64,000 nucleotides of DNA from a virus (taxonomy: Duplodnaviria; Caudoviricetes): positions 1-64,000 of IMG/VR virus record IMGVR_UViG_3300021167_000128; one strand, given 5' to 3'. The position numbers and the translations under genes were made by a program. The notes under the pieces are model-generated. The model saw nothing but the letters and a program-made list of their open reading frames with translations. It was not told the DNA's origin and did not search any database. Shown one piece after another: positions 27,871 through 38,061 of this stretch. Position 1 is the first letter of the stretch; each line of letters opens with the position of its first letter.

Positions 27871-29448
27871 TTAACTTAAACCTTCTATCTCAATTGAGAC
27901 AAGGCTATATGTAGGATAAGAAATCTCTGTTGTAAAGTCTTTATAGAATCCCCATACAATCATGGCTTCTTCATATGTTGGGTCATCAACACCAATCCAT
28001 ACAACCGGTGTTGCTCTAATGGAATACAACAGTCTTTGAACTTTATTAATATCTCTGTTAGGTACAAAGCATCTTGCAGATAATCTTTTACTGAAGTTTC
28101 GTTGAACTAGCGATGTATTTCCATAGTCATCTGTAGATTTAACAGAAAAGTCTACAATACCTGCACTAGCACCATATTCTACTTCTCCAATTTCACTCAA
28201 GAATCCAAAAGAAGCTAACGCTAACTTTGCCGCTTCAGTTCCATTCTTAATACGAAGAGTTACAATAGGATCTGTATATTGACTAGGTAAATCTTGAAAT
28301 ATATATTGTGTTCTTCTCATTTCAATTAGAGGCGATAAGAAGAAATAATCATACCAATTATTTACCTCTACTCCAGATAAACCAATTGTCTGTGAAAATA
28401 TAACACCATCTGTTAAGTCTCTCATTGCAAATTCAAATAGAGAACCCGTCATATCTACAAGACCACAGGAGTTAATAGCTCCTGGCTTAACAACTAAAGT
28501 TAATTCTCCAGTAGCGCTTGATATTGTGCTTACGGAATTATCTAAAGCTGCATGTTTATTATCCGGACCAAGTAACAACCACCAAGTAAGCGAAGTGTCT
28601 GGTGTATGCCCTACGTTTGCATTTTGAAGGGATTCATAGATTTTTCCTAAGTAAGTAACTCTGTTACCAAGAGCATATGTAGTTCCTCCCGCATAGTTAG
28701 CATCTGCATTAACAGCATCACTATAAATAAAACCAGAACCTGTGATAACATCGGCAGACCTTGTTGCAGCAGACCCGGATGTTTTAATGTAAGAAGATAC
28801 TTTATCTGAAATTTCCATTTGCCTACCCCAGACAAGCACCTTTTCAGACGTACTACCTGCATAAATAAATTCATTACTAGAATTTATTAGTTGAACCCGG
28901 AAGAATGTCCAGGCCGAAGACGAAGAAGTCATCCATATTCTGTAGTAGTCATTACCTAAAACTTCAAACCCTAAATCAGCAATACCGTAAGATACAACAA
29001 ATGCTTTTGCTGTAAAATCAAATATTACGCATCCTTCTAAGGTTCTTAAGGCAATTCTTCGATTTAATCCAGCAGGTCTTTTTACAAAAGCTGACCATGT
29101 GTATACTGTTGGAGAGCTAAATACATAAGTAAAGTCTAGTGGGAAATGTTCAGAATTAGCTGTGGTTTCAACTAGTTCATCTGCTGTAGTCGTACCATCA
29201 GGAGCTAACTCTGTATTACTACTTACTGTTGTCCCAGTGGAAGCTACCAATACCTCACTACTAGGAATATTGTTTGTCATTGCAGATTCATATAATAAAC
29301 CTTTAAATTCACCATTAATGTAGTGAAATCTTGGTTGATTAACTCCTGCTACTTTTAAAATATTATCAGCATCTACATATGTTCCTACTGAGGCTCTAGA
29401 AAATGATCCATCAGTAGGGGATAAAATATTAGGTCTAATTAGTTTCAT
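27871..29448 (-). CDS. Distal tail structural protein
   Basis: Lies between tape measure and fibre; beta-rich, lectin-like central part. Confidence 0.6.
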   Translation of the reverse strand: MKLIRPNILSPTDGSFSRASVGTYVDADNILKVAGVNQPRFHYINGEFKGLLYESAMTNNIPSSEVLVASTGTTVSSNTELAPDGTTTADELVETTANSEHFPLDFTYVFSSPTVYTWSAFVKRPAGLNRRIALRTLEGCVIFDFTAKAFVVSYGIADLGFEVLGNDYYRIWMTSSSSAWTFFRVQLINSSNEFIYAGSTSEKVLVWGRQMEISDKVSSYIKTSGSAATRSADVITGSGFIYSDAVNADANYAGGTTYALGNRVTYLGKIYESLQNANVGHTPDTSLTWWLLLGPDNKHAALDNSVSTISSATGELTLVVKPGAINSCGLVDMTGSLFEFAMRDLTDGVIFSQTIGLSGVEVNNWYDYFFLSPLIEMRRTQYIFQDLPSQYTDPIVTLRIKNGTEAAKLALASFGFLSEIGEVEYGASAGIVDFSVKSTDDYGNTSLVQRNFSKRLSARCFVPNRDINKVQRLLYSIRATPVVWIGVDDPTYEEAMIVWGFYKDFTTEISYPTYSLVSIEIEGLS

Positions 29449-29471
29449 TATTCATTTATGCCTCTTGAAAG

Positions 29472-29503
29472 TAAAGAGGGTGAGAATTAACCCACCCTCT
29501 ATT
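29472..29503 (-). terminator. Terminator after the tape measure gene
   Basis: AGAGGGTG/CACCCTCT stem with T-tract on the minus strand. Confidence 0.6.
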
Positions 29504-29505
29504 AA

Positions 29506-32500
29506 TTAAACAACAGTAACTTTGATTGAATCTCCTTCTGGAATAACTCTATCAAGAAGTTTTGCAGTTTTAGCATTGTGTGAAACATCTGCCCTTACCT
29601 CTGCACGAAGCATTGAAATATTTTCGTTTAGATTAGTAATAGCATCTACTACACTTGCATTATTTAGTAGGCTTGCAGTTTGAGCTGCTGTATGAACTGA
29701 CCCTGATGAATTAAAGTTAATTAACTCTGGTCCTTGTTCTCCAACTAAAGCAAGACCTCCGGGATAAGAACCTCCAGAAGCAAATCCTGGGATCTGTACA
29801 GTTGATCCAGAATTCATCCATTCAGAGTACAATGCAGCCTCAAATGAAGATATTGCCGTATTAAGTTCTACAACACCGTAAGAGATTTCCCTTAATGTGT
29901 TATATTGCTTTTCAGCAAATGCTAACTGCTCATTCAAAACTGTTAATTGACCTTCAAGATTCTGTAGAGTAAGTTCTTCATTGGAAAGAGAAGTACCAGT
30001 AACAATCTTTAACGCTTCTAGTTCATTAGCAAAAATGAGATATTGTCTATCTCTATCCTGCTTAGAAGCAAATTTTGTATTGTCTAGGTTAGATTTTACT
30101 GCACCATAAGCTTTAGAAATAAGTTCCTTATCCGGAACTACTCCACTTACAGTAGCTTCATAAATTATCTTTTTAGCTTCTCCAACAGACATTCCAGCAG
30201 AAGCTACTCCCCGTAGTTCATCAATGTAACCAGAAAGCATATCAAAGATTGCTTTAAGGTTGCTTACTTGATCTTCTACAAGTTTCTTTTCTTCTTCAAT
30301 TACTTTACGTCTGTTTTCAATACTCTTTTGTAATGCATCATATGCTGCATCTGTTGCTTCTTTATAAGTATTTAGGAGAGTATCTTTTGCTTCTTCAGAA
30401 TACTTTGTAACTTCACTAAAAGCTTCTGACACACTAATTAGATTATAATAAGCTAATCTACCAGACTCTGTACTTAAATCTAGTGATTTAACTAATGTTT
30501 TATACTCTTCATTAGTAGTAGGAAGTGCAATATTTAAGGAAGCAAATATAGAAGTTAATTGTTCTAACCTCTTTGCATTCTTTTCTTCTTCCGTGTAGAA
30601 GTTATCATAGAAATTACTTGTTGCAGTTTCAAAATTACTTAAACCACCAAAGATTTCTATCAACGACTGACTAGCTGCTGCACCTGATATACCTAGATTT
30701 AATAAAGAAATACCAAGCATATCAAACCAAGAATTCACATTCTCAAGTTCAGTAGCTACTCTGATTAAGGTTTCAAGATAACCTTCTCCTACCTTTTGAA
30801 ACTTCTCAAGGCCAGGAAATACTGACTTAGCAATACTATCCCCTGCTGCACCAAAAGCTGCGGTAAGTGTTTCTTGCATTTCTTGTGCAGTACCTGAAAG
30901 CTTAATTTTACCAAGATCTACAACAAAGTTATTTAGCGCATTGATAATTTCGTTCTCAGATCCACCAAGCATTTTAGCACCAAGTAAAACAGAGTCATAT
31001 ATACTATCAAATACGGCTGTTATTTGTTGTTCAATTTCAGCATCAGCTTCTGTAAAATAAGTTCTGTATTTAGTAGAACTACTGAACCATCCAGACTTCT
31101 TAATTTTTACATCAGTGAAGTATTTAGCATCAAAGCCAGAACCTAAAATGTTTCCAAGAGACTGTTTATCACCTGTCACGCCAGACCCTAAATTTGTTAC
31201 TTTTGTGCTTCCAAAAATACTACCAACAAGCTTACCAAGAGGTTTAAATACAAATCCTGCAACACCAAAAAGCAGTGCTGTGGTTATCTTAGTTAATGCT
31301 TCATAGTTCTGTTTAGAACCCTCAACCACAAAAGGTGCTTTACCTTCAATGCCTCCCGTTCTAATCATAAGATTAACTAAACCACCAATGCTATTGTCAA
31401 TATTTCTAAGGTGAAGTAGCATTCCTGGGCTATACTTTTGAGTTAAACTATTAGCTTTCTCTAGTAACTCTAATGACTTGGTTATACTTTCTGATTTAGC
31501 TTCTTTATCCCCAAATACTGTACCAGTACCTGAGTTATATACAGGAGCAGCACCGGATACTTTACCTCCAAAAGAACCACCTACAGAACCAATTAGAGCA
31601 GCGACAACAGCAGCTACAGTAGCACCTGCTGCAAGGTTAAGAGGAAATGGAAGACTAGCTATTGTTTTAACAACGGCAGCAGTGCCATCTACAACCATAG
31701 TCCCTAGTGCTGAAGCTTTTTTAGCACCATCCGCAGCAAGAGTAACTCCAACAGAACTGATAGTTTCTGCCATTTCTACAGCAAGCATACCAATACGAAC
31801 CATGTGCAGGACTTTTTCAATAGCACCAAATGCTTTAGCAGCAGCCGTCTTTTCACCAAACATTTGTTTTGCAGCACCTGCAGTTTGAGCGTAAAGTCCA
31901 ATCTCATCTTTAGCTAACTTCTTTTGCAGTTTTGCATATTGAATAGGATCTTTCTTAGCATCTTCTAACAGTTTAGAATTAAGTTCTAAGGTAGCACCTA
32001 ACTTGCTAAATGCAGTTACAGCAGTTGCAATATTTTTACCAAATCCACCAAAAGCACCTTCCATTGAAACACCAAACTCATTAGTTCTTTCAATCAGTAA
32101 TCTAAATTCTTCACTGAACATTGAAAGTTCTTGTGTTTGAGTTTTGTAAGAAAGATTTGATAAAGAAGATGACTTTAACTTTTCAGCTTTAGCTAGTAAA
32201 TCTTCAATTGCAGCCTTAGTTTCAGGAGCATCACCTATGAAAGTATCCCTAATCCTTTGAACTTCATTCTGATACTCACGTTCAATCCTTAGTTTTTCCT
32301 TATTGATTTCTCCTAAGCGTTTAATATCTTCAGATTCTGTAGCAGAGCCAGCCAGTAAAGAATTACGTTCTACATCGAGAGAAGTTCTAGCATCAGCAAG
32401 TTCTCTGGTTTTATTAGCCATTTCACGAAGAGTTGTTACATAGGCTCTACCTTGTTCTGTAGCTTCAAATAGACGCTTCTTTGCTAATTCAAAGTCAGTA

Positions 32501-35500
32501 CCACTCAACTGCCCACTTTGATGTAATGCTTGCAACCTACGAAGATCTTCATAATACTGCGAACTGAGTTTGCTAGACTGACCAAGCAGCTTATTAGCTA
32601 ACTTTTGTCCTTCTGCAATATCAGACTGAGCAATAGCTTCTTCTGCCATAACAGCAATAGTTTTTCTCTTCTCTTCACTATATTTAGCAAAGTTAGGATT
32701 AGACATTATATCAAGAACTTTTTGCTGTGCTTTGCTATAGTTATTTTGATATGAAATAGCATCTGCTGTAATACCATTGATAGCTTCAATATCTTTAGCG
32801 TATGCTTTCATTAGACGATTAGCTTCTTTTTCAGAATCAGTTTTACCTTTCTTCTGTTTATTAGCTGCATCATATTGCTCACCACGCATCTTCTTGAATA
32901 ACTCTTGCTCTTTTTCAGTCATTCCATGGTACGTCTTTAAAACATCTTCAAGTTCCGCTTTTATGTAAGCTGACCTGCTACCTGCACCTTTCATCTTATT
33001 TTTAGGTTTATCTTCATACTTATCAATTTCATCTAGAACTTTACGTCTAGCTTTCTCTTGACTTGCATTATCTGCTGCAATTTTTGCTCTAACTTTGGCA
33101 TTCTCTTGCTCTGCTTTAGACTCCTTACTACCGAGACTAAGCATCTTATTGATAAATTTCTCTCTATCTTGCTCACGTTGAATATTGTGTTTATCAATCT
33201 CTGAGTCAATTTTTAGAACTTGATCCCATTCCCCAGAAGCAATAGCAGCACCTTTGGCAGCTAACCCACCTAAACTAGATCCAAGTCCAGTTATAGTGTA
33301 ATAAACTTCATATGCAGCTATACCAATAGTCTGTAGTGCTGTTTTGAGAGGATCTAAGAATGTACTTGACTGTGCAAATTCTTGAATACTTTGCCAAACA
33401 TCAGAAATTACACTATTAATATCTTTCCAAAGAATTTCAATAGGAGACATATCAGAAAGCATATTAGCTGATTCTTGCTTTAATGAAGCAGCCATAATCT
33501 TTTGTGCTTCTGTTACTGCTTCTGTTTCCTTACCAATACGAACAAGTTGTTCTACTCTTTCCATTTCAGATTGAGTTACAAGACCTGTTGCTACTCGATA
33601 TGAAGATAATCCTTTTATTGGATCATCATATACTTTGGTCAGTAAGGCGGTAATATCTGCAACTGATCTACCTCCATTAATTGCAAGATCTCTAGCAGCA
33701 GCAGCAACTTCAGATAAAGCATCTTTAGTTACTTTTCCTGTCTTTGCTAATTCCGTAAAAATACCAAGCATTCTTAATGAAGTTGTACCAGAAACTACCA
33801 TAGACTCAGATGTAGCAATTATCTCATCTTTAGTAAAGCCCCACATTGCAGAGTTCTGTTGTAATGCAGCATTAAGACCAGTTTGAGCTTTCATTAACTG
33901 ATATGCAGCTACTGCAGCAGAAGAATAAGCCACAACAAGTCCAGATGCAACCAACCCATTGATAGTTGTAATTATTTTAGCTGCACCATCAAAGGACTTG
34001 ACCCATAGCGAAGTTTCGGACCTATTATCTACTAGATATTGTCGTAACCTCTCAAGAATTGGTCCAGTTAAAGTAATATCACTTGCAAACTTCGTAATAA
34101 CAGAACCTGCACTTTGAATAGATCCAATGAAGAACGATCCTACTGCTTGACCAACTAAAGCAAAAGAACTTACAATTTGACCTAAAGCAGTCTTCATTAC
34201 ACCATTCATTTGTTGAGCATCTGCACCAACCTGCTGGATAACACCTCTGATTTGATCACCTTGTTGGAAGAAGACTAATAAAGGGTTCATACCGCCAGCA
34301 AGTGAAACACCCACGTCACCTAACTGAACTGACATAGCACGTGCAAGGTGTTGCATATCTCTAGCTTTATCTTTAGAACTTACTTCACGTAACTTTTCTT
34401 CTAATCCTTTAAATTTAATTGCAGCGGCATCCGCACTTAGACCAGACTTATCAAGAGCAGTTTTAATTTTAACTAATTCATCTGTAGAAGCACGATTCAT
34501 AGCTATATTAGAACTATCAAGAGAAGCCGCTAGTCTTAATTCAGTTTCTCTTAGGAAATCATTTGCAGCAGCAGCTTCTCTACTTGCTCTAGCAGCTTGC
34601 TCTTTAGCATTAGCTTCTTTGACAAAAGAATTAATAACGTCTTGAGGAACACCCTTAACTTCCATACCTGCAGCTACGTTAGCAGTAGAACGACTGGCTC
34701 CAGTATTCAGGAATTTAGTCATTGATACTTCTTTATTAATGCGTGCAGTAATTCCTGCTAGATGACGTTCTGCTTCTGATGCTTCTTGTTCAAGAGCTGA
34801 ATAGAAATTACGATAAGCTTGCATATCTTTGTCGTAGTTTTGCTTATCTTGTTCTCGTTTCCAAGTCTTAATTTGAATTTCTTTATTGAAAGACTCTTTA
34901 ATTACCGTTTGTCTTTCATTCTGTATTCTTGCCTCTTCTTGATATTGCTCACGAAGAATCTTCATGTCATTTTGATATTGTTCTTCAAGACCAGAAGATT
35001 TCATGCTTCTGCGATTAGCAGCTTGTTTGTCTGCTTCTTGTGAAGCTTTAGCAATAGCATTAGCTCTCTCAATTTCAGCCTTAGCATGAGACTTTGCAGC
35101 AGCTTCAGAATCCTTCGCAGCTTGCTTTAGCATATTTAAAGAGTTGGCTTCAGCTACAGTCGCTAATTCTAGTTTAGATATTCTTTGTTGCAGTTGTTCT
35201 GTGGATTCCCCTGCTTGTTTAGAAGCAATAGTTACACCTTGAATATCTCGGGTTAATCCTACGATCTGATCTCTAGTTAAATTAAAACCTCTAGCTGAGT
35301 ATTCATTTACCTTAACAAGCTCTTGAACCTCTTTACGCATCTTCTCAAGACTACCCGCTGTCTTATCGAAGGGTGACACTTGAGAGATAGAATTAATTTG
35401 AGTAATTGAGTTAGCTAGAACATTAAATTCACCAGATAAAGCCCCTGCTAATTTTAAAGTAGCTAATTTTGCAGCTTGACCTGCTGTAAATGTTTTATTC

Positions 35501-35892
35501 AGAGTTACATTACCATCAGATAGCTCAATAGTTTGTCCAGTAAGAATTTTAAGTACAGTTGCTTCTTTTTCAAGCATACGTTGCACACGACCTAATTCCT
35601 CTTCTTGAGGTAGAGACTTACGATGCTTCTCTTGAGCAGATGCTAATTCAGTTGAACTTTCGGATAACTTCTTTTGAGTTTCTTCTAATTTAGCTTGAGC
35701 TTTAATTAATCTTTCTTTAATCTTTACAAGTTCAACTTCATTCTTAGCTGCATCTTTACTTGATGTACCTAAAGCATCCAATTGAGTAGCTAGATTCTGA
35801 ACTTGCTTACCTAATTCTTCAACTTTCTTAAATGCAGTATCAAGAGAAGAAGTTTCAACCATTAGAGTGAGTGACTCAAGGGTGACGGACAT
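29506..35892 (-). CDS. Tape measure protein (2128 aa)
   Basis: Very long Ala-rich helical ORF after the tail chaperones; lambda-type QQGDQI and C-terminal GFASGG..GG.ALVGEQGPE motifs. Confidence 0.92.
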   Translation of the reverse strand: MSVTLESLTLMVETSSLDTAFKKVEELGKQVQNLATQLDALGTSSKDAAKNEVELVKIKERLIKAQAKLEETQKKLSESSTELASAQEKHRKSLPQEEELGRVQRMLEKEATVLKILTGQTIELSDGNVTLNKTFTAGQAAKLATLKLAGALSGEFNVLANSITQINSISQVSPFDKTAGSLEKMRKEVQELVKVNEYSARGFNLTRDQIVGLTRDIQGVTIASKQAGESTEQLQQRISKLELATVAEANSLNMLKQAAKDSEAAAKSHAKAEIERANAIAKASQEADKQAANRRSMKSSGLEEQYQNDMKILREQYQEEARIQNERQTVIKESFNKEIQIKTWKREQDKQNYDKDMQAYRNFYSALEQEASEAERHLAGITARINKEVSMTKFLNTGASRSTANVAAGMEVKGVPQDVINSFVKEANAKEQAARASREAAAANDFLRETELRLAASLDSSNIAMNRASTDELVKIKTALDKSGLSADAAAIKFKGLEEKLREVSSKDKARDMQHLARAMSVQLGDVGVSLAGGMNPLLVFFQQGDQIRGVIQQVGADAQQMNGVMKTALGQIVSSFALVGQAVGSFFIGSIQSAGSVITKFASDITLTGPILERLRQYLVDNRSETSLWVKSFDGAAKIITTINGLVASGLVVAYSSAAVAAYQLMKAQTGLNAALQQNSAMWGFTKDEIIATSESMVVSGTTSLRMLGIFTELAKTGKVTKDALSEVAAAARDLAINGGRSVADITALLTKVYDDPIKGLSSYRVATGLVTQSEMERVEQLVRIGKETEAVTEAQKIMAASLKQESANMLSDMSPIEILWKDINSVISDVWQSIQEFAQSSTFLDPLKTALQTIGIAAYEVYYTITGLGSSLGGLAAKGAAIASGEWDQVLKIDSEIDKHNIQREQDREKFINKMLSLGSKESKAEQENAKVRAKIAADNASQEKARRKVLDEIDKYEDKPKNKMKGAGSRSAYIKAELEDVLKTYHGMTEKEQELFKKMRGEQYDAANKQKKGKTDSEKEANRLMKAYAKDIEAINGITADAISYQNNYSKAQQKVLDIMSNPNFAKYSEEKRKTIAVMAEEAIAQSDIAEGQKLANKLLGQSSKLSSQYYEDLRRLQALHQSGQLSGTDFELAKKRLFEATEQGRAYVTTLREMANKTRELADARTSLDVERNSLLAGSATESEDIKRLGEINKEKLRIEREYQNEVQRIRDTFIGDAPETKAAIEDLLAKAEKLKSSSLSNLSYKTQTQELSMFSEEFRLLIERTNEFGVSMEGAFGGFGKNIATAVTAFSKLGATLELNSKLLEDAKKDPIQYAKLQKKLAKDEIGLYAQTAGAAKQMFGEKTAAAKAFGAIEKVLHMVRIGMLAVEMAETISSVGVTLAADGAKKASALGTMVVDGTAAVVKTIASLPFPLNLAAGATVAAVVAALIGSVGGSFGGKVSGAAPVYNSGTGTVFGDKEAKSESITKSLELLEKANSLTQKYSPGMLLHLRNIDNSIGGLVNLMIRTGGIEGKAPFVVEGSKQNYEALTKITTALLFGVAGFVFKPLGKLVGSIFGSTKVTNLGSGVTGDKQSLGNILGSGFDAKYFTDVKIKKSGWFSSSTKYRTYFTEADAEIEQQITAVFDSIYDSVLLGAKMLGGSENEIINALNNFVVDLGKIKLSGTAQEMQETLTAAFGAAGDSIAKSVFPGLEKFQKVGEGYLETLIRVATELENVNSWFDMLGISLLNLGISGAAASQSLIEIFGGLSNFETATSNFYDNFYTEEEKNAKRLEQLTSIFASLNIALPTTNEEYKTLVKSLDLSTESGRLAYYNLISVSEAFSEVTKYSEEAKDTLLNTYKEATDAAYDALQKSIENRRKVIEEEKKLVEDQVSNLKAIFDMLSGYIDELRGVASAGMSVGEAKKIIYEATVSGVVPDKELISKAYGAVKSNLDNTKFASKQDRDRQYLIFANELEALKIVTGTSLSNEELTLQNLEGQLTVLNEQLAFAEKQYNTLREISYGVVELNTAISSFEAALYSEWMNSGSTVQIPGFASGGSYPGGLALVGEQGPELINFNSSGSVHTAAQTASLLNNASVVDAITNLNENISMLRAEVRADVSHNAKTAKLLDRVIPEGDSIKVTVV

Positions 35893-35934
35893 TTCATACT
35901 CTCCTTAAAAATAAAGCCTCCGAAGAGGCTATGT

Positions 35935-36300
35935 TTATTTCTTTTTATCTTCTTTCATTTTCTTATTAAAATGTTCTCTTGCTACATTATCTAAAAGTCT
36001 AATAGCGGTAATTTCATAGTCTTCAGGTTCAATATTGAATAATTTGAAGTATGCAAGCATTTCAGAGTATTGTATAGGATTGATACCAAAACCATTGCTT
36101 GTCCTAGTAGAATCTAAATCAATAAACATTTGCCACACATGAGTAAGATCTTCTGGTAATTCTACTAGGTTTTCTAATTCTTTAGGAGTTATTCCTAATT
36201 GCTTCTGTGCAGATAGTAATTCAGCTCTTTTGGAGCCTGAACCTCCCTCAAGTTCAAACTCCTGTTTAGCGTAATCTACTAACTGCCTTAAACTTTTGGG
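35935..36300 (-). CDS. Tail assembly chaperone, -1 frameshift extension (gpGT-like)
   Basis: The -1 frame is open from the slippery site at 36300 through to the 35935 stop. Confidence 0.8.
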   Translation of the reverse strand, partial: PKSLRQLVDYAKQEFELEGGSGSKRAELLSAQKQLGITPKELENLVELPEDLTHVWQMFIDLDSTRTSNGFGINPIQYSEMLAYFKLFNIEPEDYEITAIRLLDNVAREHFNKKMKEDKKK

Positions 36301-36698
36301 GAGAAGTTAGTAACTTCAGCAGCTTCCTTTAGAATAAGGTCACGAATCCAAGAGTGCTCTTGAAGGATTTCTTCTGCCTTATCCTTTGAGAAAGGAACTT
36401 CCTTACCATCTTCCGTAAATCCAGACCACCCGACTAATCGAATTAAGGCATCTGCAATTACATACTCTTCAGCTTCAGCGATGGTTAGTTCATCATCTTT
36501 ACCCTTACGGGCAGCAGTCTTAGAGCGTAGTTGAAGCTCTTGGTAACGCTTACGACTATGTGCCTTTACAGCTTTAGACATATCACCAATAACAGTAAGA
36601 GTAGCGTCGGATTCAGTACCATCCGGTAGGGTTAAATTGAAGGTATAACCTTCGGATGCAGCCTTAGAGAAATTTTGCTTATTAAGATCAAATGACAT
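36288..36698 (-). CDS. Tail assembly chaperone (gpG-like)
   Basis: Position between tail tube and tape measure; LVGWSGF motif. Confidence 0.8.
   Translation of the reverse strand: MSFDLNKQNFSKAASEGYTFNLTLPDGTESDATLTVIGDMSKAVKAHSRKRYQELQLRSKTAARKGKDDELTIAEAEEYVIADALIRLVGWSGFTEDGKEVPFSKDKAEEILQEHSWIRDLILKEAAEVTNFSPKV
36294..36300 (-). other. Programmed -1 ribosomal frameshift site C CCA AAA
   Basis: X XXY YYZ heptamer two codons before the chaperone stop, as in the lambda G/T arrangement. Confidence 0.8.
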
Positions 36699-36835
36699 AT
36701 TATTCCTTTCATGAATTATTAATGATATAAACGATAGGTACGTTTATTAATAGTATTATATCATGATATTATATAAAGTCAATAATATAGACGTAAAAAA
36801 TCCCTCCGAGATTTCTCAGGGAGGGATATGGAGGG

Positions 36836-37960
36836 TTAGTCTTTTATTAATTTCCAACCCGCTACAGTTTTGTAGGGTTTCTTTGCGAAGAGTTGTTTAC
36901 ACCCAACTCCACTTAATTTCTTAAAGTCTTGTCTAGAGCACTCTAAGATAGTTCCTAGTTCTTCATTTTCAAAGACATAGGTTCGGATGTCATCTCTTGG
37001 TTTCTTACCTTCTAGGTATGTTGATTCAAGCATCCACCCAAAAGCAGATATACTAGGCTTTTTATTAAACAAGCTAGCTACATTTATATTGTATTTCTCT
37101 TGAAGCTCAAACCTAGTACATTCTTCTCTATTCTTAGAATAGAAGTTTATGAATTTATAAATAGTTTTATCAGCTCTTGGATTATTTAAACCACTTGTAT
37201 TGATAGAATCTCTTATTTTATCAATTCCATATTCTTCAATAAGTTCTTTAGTTGTCCATCCCTTACAAACAAAGTTGTTACCAAGAGTAATAGGACCTAC
37301 GGTAGTACCAAGGAATTTAGTCATCTCAGAAGGATATTCTAGCTTCTTTTCTAAAGTTGTTATGTTTACAAACCAACGCTTATCTCCAATATTAGGATTC
37401 CATCTCCCTGAAAAGTTATTTTTAACTGCTTCTAATCTGTCTTCTGGAAACAGCTCTTTAACTACCCATCTTTTAGAGCTATTTGGACCGTGAAACATGG
37501 AATCAACATTAAGATGTAGGTTAGCTATAGTGAAGTTATACCTAGTATCTTTGATTACTTCTTCAGTATCTACATTGTAGAAAGTCCAGATGCGTTTATC
37601 ATATCTAGGATGACCTTTTCCAGTATATTTAATTGACTGCCTTTTTCTTTGATCTTCTGAGGCAATATAACCAGATGTTCCTTCACCTCCGTCTGTCATA
37701 TTTGCTAAACAACCTGCATTAATGTTTCTTCTTCCATAGAATAGAATTAATTCTTTTTCAAGAGAATGTGCTTGAAACTCTGTCAGGTTATCTAATACAA
37801 TCTCTACAAGAGTACCATGTTTCTTATGAATTTTATTCCAAAGAGGATTTCTTGCGCTTTGACTTAGAATCCATGCGCGTTTATTCCTACCTTTACCTAC
37901 ATAATAGATTTCGTTATTTGTTTTCTTTCTGTGAATATAAACATAGAAATCAGATTTCAT
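36836..37960 (-). CDS. GIY-YIG-like homing endonuclease with repeated C-terminal modules
   Basis: FYVYIH...YYVGKG..RAW, E..LI, NMTDGGEG; sits between tail tube and chaperone with its own terminator. Confidence 0.8.
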   Translation of the reverse strand: MKSDFYVYIHRKKTNNEIYYVGKGRNKRAWILSQSARNPLWNKIHKKHGTLVEIVLDNLTEFQAHSLEKELILFYGRRNINAGCLANMTDGGEGTSGYIASEDQRKRQSIKYTGKGHPRYDKRIWTFYNVDTEEVIKDTRYNFTIANLHLNVDSMFHGPNSSKRWVVKELFPEDRLEAVKNNFSGRWNPNIGDKRWFVNITTLEKKLEYPSEMTKFLGTTVGPITLGNNFVCKGWTTKELIEEYGIDKIRDSINTSGLNNPRADKTIYKFINFYSKNREECTRFELQEKYNINVASLFNKKPSISAFGWMLESTYLEGKKPRDDIRTYVFENEELGTILECSRQDFKKLSGVGCKQLFAKKPYKTVAGWKLIKD

Positions 37961-38061
37961 ATAACTCCTGTATGGTCAAGTTAATCTATAATTTTAACAT
38001 GAAATATACAAAAGTAAAGCCCGACATAGAATTATCTACGCGGGCTTGGATTGCTAACTAA

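Noticed and set aside
27343-35043. Plus-strand ORFs antisense to tail fibre and tape measure genes
   Set aside because: Shadow ORFs from the codon bias of the minus-strand genes; no independent signals.
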